Assembly (NCBI GenBank): GCA_963727625.1
Contig: CAVSHR010000005.1
Coordinates: 800,001-864,000 of the forward strand
DNA: 64,000 bases
From: an uncultured delta proteobacterium
GTDB taxonomy: Bacteria > Desulfobacterota > Binatia > UBA9968
Direction: 5' to 3'
Position numbers and translations under genes: made by a program. Below are positions 58,447 through 64,000 of this stretch, in pieces (within the stretch, counting starts at the first letter, position 1; each line of letters opens with the position of its first letter). A model generated the notes under the pieces. It worked only from the letters and a program-made list of their open reading frames with translations. It did no database searches and was not told the DNA's origin.

Positions 58447-58539
58447 CGTCGCCCGTTTCCCGCTGGGGTGTGCACGGCGTATCGCGCAAAACGGTGACCG
58501 CTGCTATCAATTGCGCTTCCTCCACACAGCAAGATTATA

Positions 58540-58644
58540 TGGGACGTTGTTGACTCAGTGGACTGGCGCAAGCCAACCGGCGAAGATTTATCGTCGCTCG
58601 AATGACAGGTGGTTGGCTTTGTCCAGCTAGTCAACAACGTCCCA
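58540..58644. mobile_element. 105-bp MITE-like or long-hairpin element
   Basis: Perfect 16-bp inverted repeat tgggacgttgttgact / agtcaacaacgtccca, with inner stems tggac/gtcca and aagccaacc/ggttggctt. Confidence 0.65.
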
Positions 58645-58806
58645 ATAGTTCCCGGTCAAGATTTCGAAGAACGACCCCAGTAGATCTCCTTACCGGCGCG
58701 TGATGCCCATCAGTCCGCGCTCTTGCTCCCAACCAAAAGTTCTCGATGCGCCGTTTTACAAAACCCGCTCTTCCGGGGTATTGAGAACTGGCTTTACGAG
58801 AAACCC

Positions 58807-59853
58807 ATGGCTCAAAACAAATCAGCCGACAGCGCGACCGAAGCCCCGGGCGCGGTCATTCGCGCGATGATCGAAGGCTTGCGCGTCGCACGGATTCTTT
58901 ATGTCGCGGCGCGGTTGGGATTAGCCGATTATTTGAAAGACGGGCCGCGGGGATGCGAGGATCTGGCCCGTGCGACGGACAGCCACGAGCCGACGCTGCG
59001 ACAAATTTTGCGCGCGCTGGCAAGCGTCGGCATCTTGGCGCAGGACGACCAACAGCGATTTTCGCTGACGCCAATCGGCGAGCTGCTGCGCAGCGACACG
59101 GCCGATTCATTGCGCGACCTGGTTCTGAACGCCCTCGCGGAGGAACGCTACCGGGCTTGGGGCGGCGTCATGCACACCGTCAAAACCGGCGAGACCGCTT
59201 TCGATCATGTTTTCGGCGTCGGTGTGTGGCAATACCGGGCCGCGCATGCCGAGTTTGGCGCGCTCTTCGACAAGTCGATCGCCACGTTCACGGCGCATGT
59301 TCAGGCGGCGCTCGAGGCTTATCCGTTCGGCAATTTCAAAACCATCGTCGATGTGGCAGGCGGCAACGGCAGATTGATGACGGCGATCTTGCAAGCCTGT
59401 TCGTCGGTACGCGGCGTGATCGTCGATCTGCCGCGCGTGGCCGAGCAAACCAGGCGGCGCATCGACGCGGCCGGCCTGACCGACCGTTGTGAAGTGATCG
59501 GCGGCGACGCCTTTCAAGATCTGCCGGCGGGCGCCGATGGCTACATTCTATCGACCGTGATTCACGATTGGGACGACGAACACTCGATCGTATTGCTGCA
59601 ATCTTGCCGCCGCGCGATGACGCCAAACTCTCGGCTGGTGCTGATCGAAAGAATTTTGCCGGAGCGCTTGGACAACTCATTGTTATCGCGCGCCGTAGTG
59701 ATGTCGGACCTGAACATGATGGTCATGACCGGCGGGCATGAGCGCACCGTGACTGAATATGAGGCACTGTTTCAGGCCGCAGGTTTTGTCCTAACCAAGG
59801 TAACGCCAACCGACTCGATCATGTCGGTGATCGAAGCTAAACCGCTGTCTTAG
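58807..59853 (+). CDS. SAM-dependent O-methyltransferase (Methyltransf_2 with dimerisation domain)
   Basis: VDVAGGNG, GGDAF, IHDWDD and DLNMMVMTGGHERT. Confidence 0.92.
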   Translation: MAQNKSADSATEAPGAVIRAMIEGLRVARILYVAARLGLADYLKDGPRGCEDLARATDSHEPTLRQILRALASVGILAQDDQQRFSLTPIGELLRSDTADSLRDLVLNALAEERYRAWGGVMHTVKTGETAFDHVFGVGVWQYRAAHAEFGALFDKSIATFTAHVQAALEAYPFGNFKTIVDVAGGNGRLMTAILQACSSVRGVIVDLPRVAEQTRRRIDAAGLTDRCEVIGGDAFQDLPAGADGYILSTVIHDWDDEHSIVLLQSCRRAMTPNSRLVLIERILPERLDNSLLSRAVVMSDLNMMVMTGGHERTVTEYEALFQAAGFVLTKVTPTDSIMSVIEAKPLS

Positions 59854-59874
59854 CGGCAACGATTGGATGCCAGC

Positions 59875-59934
59875 TCAACATTGGCACCACTCGTCAAGCA
59901 ACCGATCACTCAAGAAAACATTCACGCGAGCCAT
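59875..59934 (-). pseudogene. Possible truncated CopG/RHH antitoxin
   Basis: GAGG RBS then MARVNVFLSDRLLDE, stopping after 19 codons. Confidence 0.35.
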
Positions 59935-60190
59935 AGGACCTCTTAGGGCATAATTAGGTCGCACAAAAAGTAAGTTGTCAACATGAAATTCCCGGCAAGC
60001 ATCCAGGAGGTCGCCGTCGTTCGAACCTTTTGGCGGACACTCAGAACCCGACGCCGCGGCATGCATCTCTCCTTGACTGATCGAGGAGTCGCATTATCAT
60101 TATGCTCGGGTGATCACCCCGGAAATCGTCGCATTCGAATGTCTTGCAACACCATCGCCGCGCGTGCATTGTAGCGACAGAGGACGACAC

Positions 60191-61027
60191 ATGCCAGTTT
60201 ATATGGATCGCCATTACATCGAAGGCGCAACTCAACACTCAGTGGCCGATGCGCACCAGAAGGATCTGGCGCTTCAGGACAAATATGACATCAAGTTTGT
60301 GACCTACTGGTTCGACGAGATGCGCTCTACCGCGTTTTGTCTCATCGAGGCGGCGAATCGAGAAACTATTGAGCGCGCCCACAACGAAGCTCACGGCTCT
60401 ATCCCTAATGAAGTTCTTGAGGTTGATCCTGCCGTGGTGGACGCGTTTTTGGGCAGGATCAAGGATCCGCCGCCGATCAATACCGTACCCGGAAAGTCAG
60501 CAGTGACTCCCATTGACCCGGGGCTCCGGGCGATCATGTTCACGGATTTGAAAGATTCGACGCGGATGACCACGCTGCAGGGAGACGCCAAGGCGCTCCA
60601 TCTGCTTCATGTCCACAATGCGCTCACCCGCAAGGCGCTCAACGCTCACCGCGGACGCGAGGTCAAGCACACCGGCGACGGCATCATGGCCTCTTTCGCC
60701 TCGGTGCCGGATGCGGTGGACTGTGCGGTTGCCATCCAGAAGGCGTTTACCGCCTATAATCTGGAACAGCCGGAGACGCCGCTGTATTTACGCATTGGGC
60801 TGAGCGCCGGCGAGCCGATCGAGGACCATGGCGATCTTTTTGGCAAGGCCGTGCAATTGGCCGCGCGCCTTTGCGCGCATGCCGCACCTGGCCGAGTTCT
60901 TGTCGATCAGCTCGTGCTGGACCAGTGCCCGGGTAAAAACTTGCCGCTGATAGATTTGGGTGAAATAAATCTCAAAGGCTTCGAGCACAACATTCGCGTG
61001 TACGAAGTCAATTGGCAAGAAGTGTAA
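60191..61027 (+). CDS. DUF4242 (SCO4226-like) fused to a class III nucleotide cyclase
   Basis: MPVYMDRH...AHQKDL...AFCL...HNEAHG, then IMFTDLKDST, VKHTGDG and RIGLSAGE. Confidence 0.88.
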   Translation: MPVYMDRHYIEGATQHSVADAHQKDLALQDKYDIKFVTYWFDEMRSTAFCLIEAANRETIERAHNEAHGSIPNEVLEVDPAVVDAFLGRIKDPPPINTVPGKSAVTPIDPGLRAIMFTDLKDSTRMTTLQGDAKALHLLHVHNALTRKALNAHRGREVKHTGDGIMASFASVPDAVDCAVAIQKAFTAYNLEQPETPLYLRIGLSAGEPIEDHGDLFGKAVQLAARLCAHAAPGRVLVDQLVLDQCPGKNLPLIDLGEINLKGFEHNIRVYEVNWQEV

Positions 61028-61475
61028 ACTCCCGAATCGCGCGCCAAAGCGCGGTTCCTCTAGTAAAAGAGCAGGCGCGTCGATTTCGAGAACTAATAAA
61101 GGGCGCGCTCCAGGACGTTGCTCCGCGATAAGAAATCCATTGCGTCGTTAGCTAGATTCGTGCGACGCGACCATCGGAACCGTTCTGTCTCCAGATCGCC
61201 TATCCGGTCCAAATCTCTGGATGTAGCCGCCTTGCTCGTTGCACAATTTAACTTCCCGCTCGATGCTTTTGCGTTGACCGAAGCATACCTATTTAGTAAA
61301 GGGATTGTTTAGACACCTCGTTCGCGCTCACCTGCTCCTGGACAGCAAAAAAGCGAGTCATTCATGGTGTTTTTTTGTGGAGCAACTTCATCAGAATTAT
61401 TTGAAGCCAGCCGCTCCGGCAAATTAAGTGGCCGGAACGCGCTGGCTTTACTTACTCTCTAAGGGAGGAATTTTT

Positions 61476-62033
61476 ATGTTTGAAACCCAACAGCTGATTG
61501 ACGACTGTTGCCGCGCGTTGAATGAAACCAACGCCCACGCGGCAGTCAAAGAAATCGTAGCGAGAACCGTCACCGAACCTTCGCAGGTCTTGAAAGCACT
61601 CGGGGAGCCAAAGCTGGCCTCGATCCAAACTCTGTACCGTTCTGATCAATTGACAATCCTCAATGTCTTGTGGGGCCCATGCATGTATCTGTATCCCCAC
61701 GATCATCGGATGTGGGCCGTCATCGGAATTTACGGGGGTCGGGAGGAGAACGCCTTTTATCGACGCAGCGAAAGCGGGCTTGCCGCGGTTGGAGCTAAAA
61801 CCCTCGACACCAAAGACGTCGTTCCCCTGGGAGAATCGGTCATACATGCGGTGACGAATCCGCTCGAAAAGATCACCGCCGCCATCCATGTCTATGGTGG
61901 TGACTTCTTCGCGGTGCCGCGCAGCGAGTGGGACCCGAAGACTCTCGAAGAGCGGCCGTTTGATGTAGCCGCGGCAATGCGAGTTTTCGAGGAGTCGAAC
62001 AAACGGCTTCCGAAGGCTGAAGCAGCCAGCTGA
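61476..62033 (+). CDS. Cysteine-dioxygenase-like cupin
   Basis: PHDHRMWAVIGIYGGREEN, IHAVTNP and AIHVYGGD. Confidence 0.82.
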   Translation: MFETQQLIDDCCRALNETNAHAAVKEIVARTVTEPSQVLKALGEPKLASIQTLYRSDQLTILNVLWGPCMYLYPHDHRMWAVIGIYGGREENAFYRRSESGLAAVGAKTLDTKDVVPLGESVIHAVTNPLEKITAAIHVYGGDFFAVPRSEWDPKTLEERPFDVAAAMRVFEESNKRLPKAEAAS

Positions 62034-62054
62034 ACACGAAAAAGGAGGTAAGCT

Positions 62055-62366
62055 ATGGTCACAGCGTTCGTTCAATTCAGGGTTCCGGCGCCGATGAGTC
62101 GGGAACGAGCAAAGGAGGTGTTTTCCGGCACCGCACCGAATTACCAAAAAGTGCAAGGGCTGATTCGTAAGTACTACCTTCTCTCCGAAGATGGGGGGAC
62201 CGCCGGAGGCGTGTATCTATGGAAGTCGAAAGAAGATGCCGAGGCTCTGTACACCCAAGACTGGAAGAATTTCGTCAAGGGAAAATACGGCGCCGAGCCG
62301 TCGATTATCTACTTTTATAGCCCGGTCATCGTCGACAACCTGATGGGGGAAATTATCAAAGAGTGA
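62055..62366 (+). CDS. YdhR-like putative monooxygenase
   Basis: GLIRKYYL and AGGVYLW. AGGAGG RBS. Confidence 0.82.
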   Translation: MVTAFVQFRVPAPMSRERAKEVFSGTAPNYQKVQGLIRKYYLLSEDGGTAGGVYLWKSKEDAEALYTQDWKNFVKGKYGAEPSIIYFYSPVIVDNLMGEIIKE

Positions 62367-62396
62367 TTTCTAAAATCTAGGACACTCTCGGGAGCA

Positions 62397-62654
62397 GGAC
62401 TTCTTGCGCACGCCGGTCTTGAAAACGCAACCGTCACGGGGCTCCTGATCGAACGGCAATTCTCATGCCTCGATGAATACTGGACACGATTTATCATGGG
62501 TGGAGGTGCCGCCGGAGCGTATTTGGCTTCGTTTTCGCCAGCGCGTCAAGCGGCGGTCAAAGAACAGCTGCGAAAAAGTACTCCTGGGCGATCGCACCGA
62601 CGGATCGTTTTCGATCCGATCCAAGGCCCGGCGGCGAACGGAATCGTACCTTAG
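62397..62654 (+). pseudogene. Frameshifted 3' remnant of a class I SAM methyltransferase
   Basis: AGLENATV...FSCLDEYWTRF..GAAGAYL...KEQLR, then a frameshift to DGSFSIRSKA and another to GIVP*. Confidence 0.55.
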
Positions 62655-62969
62655 TCGCGATTTATCTTGCACGCGACGAGTCAGTCGCGGATTCTGGGCA
62701 ACGGGAGCCCTAACGGCAGTCGACCGTGCGTTTAGCGCTTCGACATCCTGGCATTGCAGCGTTTTTGTCGTCTACCGCGCATTCCTGGAGTTCGCTGGCG
62801 GAAATTATCAAGACGCGTTTTTTACCGCAACTTCCTATAAACGGCGTCAATTCTCTAAAACGAGATCTGCCCCGTATGCAACGTTGTAATTCAGCAGGAC
62901 AGTCGTGTAAGAATTAGCAGGTTGCTGGATGCGAGGAAGATCGGCAGTTTTTGTAAATGAGGTGAGCCG

Positions 62970-64000
62970 ATGAAACTACCAGCCGAACAAGAAGCGATTC
63001 GAGCCAAATGTTTTCACCCGGCGAGACAGTTTATTGAGTTCTCCAAAGAGCAGATCGAGCAATCGATTCCGAAACGCTTCGCAGAAATTGTCAGGCGACA
63101 CTCAAAACGCTTGGCCGTGAAGACGGGCGCTCAAGAGCTCCGTTTTGATGAACTAAATCAGCTTGCCGATCGAGTCGCTCACGCAATCATTAGCCGGTGT
63201 GGGGTTGGTAATTCAACGGTCGTCGTACTCATTAAACAAGGCATCGATTTGCTCACGGGAATTCTGGGAGCGCTCAAGGCCGGAAAATGCTTTGTACTTG
63301 CGGAGGTGTCGTGGCCTCGAGAGAGGCTTGCTGCGATTTTGGAAGATTCGAAGGCAGATTTGATTGTCACCAACGATGACGGCGCGGAATTGGTTCGAGA
63401 GTTGGTTAGCGGATCCCGGATATCGCTGAATGTTAATCAACTGGCCGATTCAATTTCCGGCAGCAATGTCCAACTCGATGTTTCGCCAGATTCACTCGGG
63501 TATCTAGTCTACACCTCCGGGTCCACCGGGAAGCCGAAGGGCGTTTTTCAAAACCACCGAAATATACTGCACGGCGTCATGAGGCGCATCAACGGGTTTA
63601 GAATAGAACCCGAGGATCGCTTGACTCTTCTCTCATCCGGGGGACATCAAGCCATCATGAACATATTCAGCGCGGTGCTGAGCGGCGCGACTATTTTTCC
63701 GTTCGATCCCAGAGAACATAGCCCGGCTGAATTTGCCGAATGGCTACAATGCGAAGGTATCACCATCTATCATTCCAGCGCGTCGCTCTTTCGCCAATTG
63801 GCGACGACGCTCAGGGGCAACGAAAAGCTCTCCAGCATAAGGCTGGTGCGCTCGGCCAGTGAGGCGATGTTGCAGAGCGATGTGGACTTGTACCGAAAAC
63901 ACTTTTCCGACGACTGTATTATTTGCAACGGCATGGGTTCCACCGAAACCGGTACCAGCGCCTTGTACTTCATGGATAAGAAGACGCAGATCGATTCTCA
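62970..64000 (+). CDS. NRPS-type adenylation (AMP-binding) protein, runs off the window
   Basis: Absent from the ORF track because it has no stop in the window. GAGGTG RBS, MKLPAEQEAIRAKCFHP, ELNQLADR, LKAG, YTSGSTGKPKGV and GSTETG. Confidence 0.9.
   Translation, partial: MKLPAEQEAIRAKCFHPARQFIEFSKEQIEQSIPKRFAEIVRRHSKRLAVKTGAQELRFDELNQLADRVAHAIISRCGVGNSTVVVLIKQGIDLLTGILGALKAGKCFVLAEVSWPRERLAAILEDSKADLIVTNDDGAELVRELVSGSRISLNVNQLADSISGSNVQLDVSPDSLGYLVYTSGSTGKPKGVFQNHRNILHGVMRRINGFRIEPEDRLTLLSSGGHQAIMNIFSAVLSGATIFPFDPREHSPAEFAEWLQCEGITIYHSSASLFRQLATTLRGNEKLSSIRLVRSASEAMLQSDVDLYRKHFSDDCIICNGMGSTETGTSALYFMDKKTQIDS

Noticed and set aside
1-64000. CRISPR array, rRNA, tRNA or integron attC array
   Set aside because: I found no regularly spaced identical repeats, cloverleaf or integron integrase by eye. 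Weak RNAs cannot be excluded without a covariance search.

Overview
Bacterial chromosomal window with no rRNA, tRNA or CRISPR that I can support. The gene content (many UbiD decarboxylases, orphan NMT1/SsuA-type binding proteins, a Tct transporter, LpxD) suggests a Gram-negative such as Candidatus Binatia/'Deltaproteobacteria'; this is inference only. The first half (about 5.6-31 kb) is a catabolic-looking region with six heme-oxygenase-like (PqqC/TenA/CADD-type) putative diiron proteins in two subfamilies. They are interleaved with UbiD decarboxylases, substrate-binding proteins (one lacking a signal peptide), cupins, TctCAB, a VOC protein, a gamma-glutamyltransferase and a lone molybdoenzyme subunit. 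This is the best candidate for an undescribed system. The second half (about 33-63 kb) is an accessory mosaic. It holds several toxin-antitoxin or defence-like pairs (AbiEi/AbiEii, DUF433/PIN, MazF, HNH plus AbiGi, DUF5678 plus retropepsin), a REP-associated HUH transposase with perfect 19-bp inverted repeats, and MITE-like elements. Small cargo genes repeatedly sit between a gene end and a diverged duplicate of that gene end, with no integrase nearby. All family calls come from motif recognition by eye, not from database searches.
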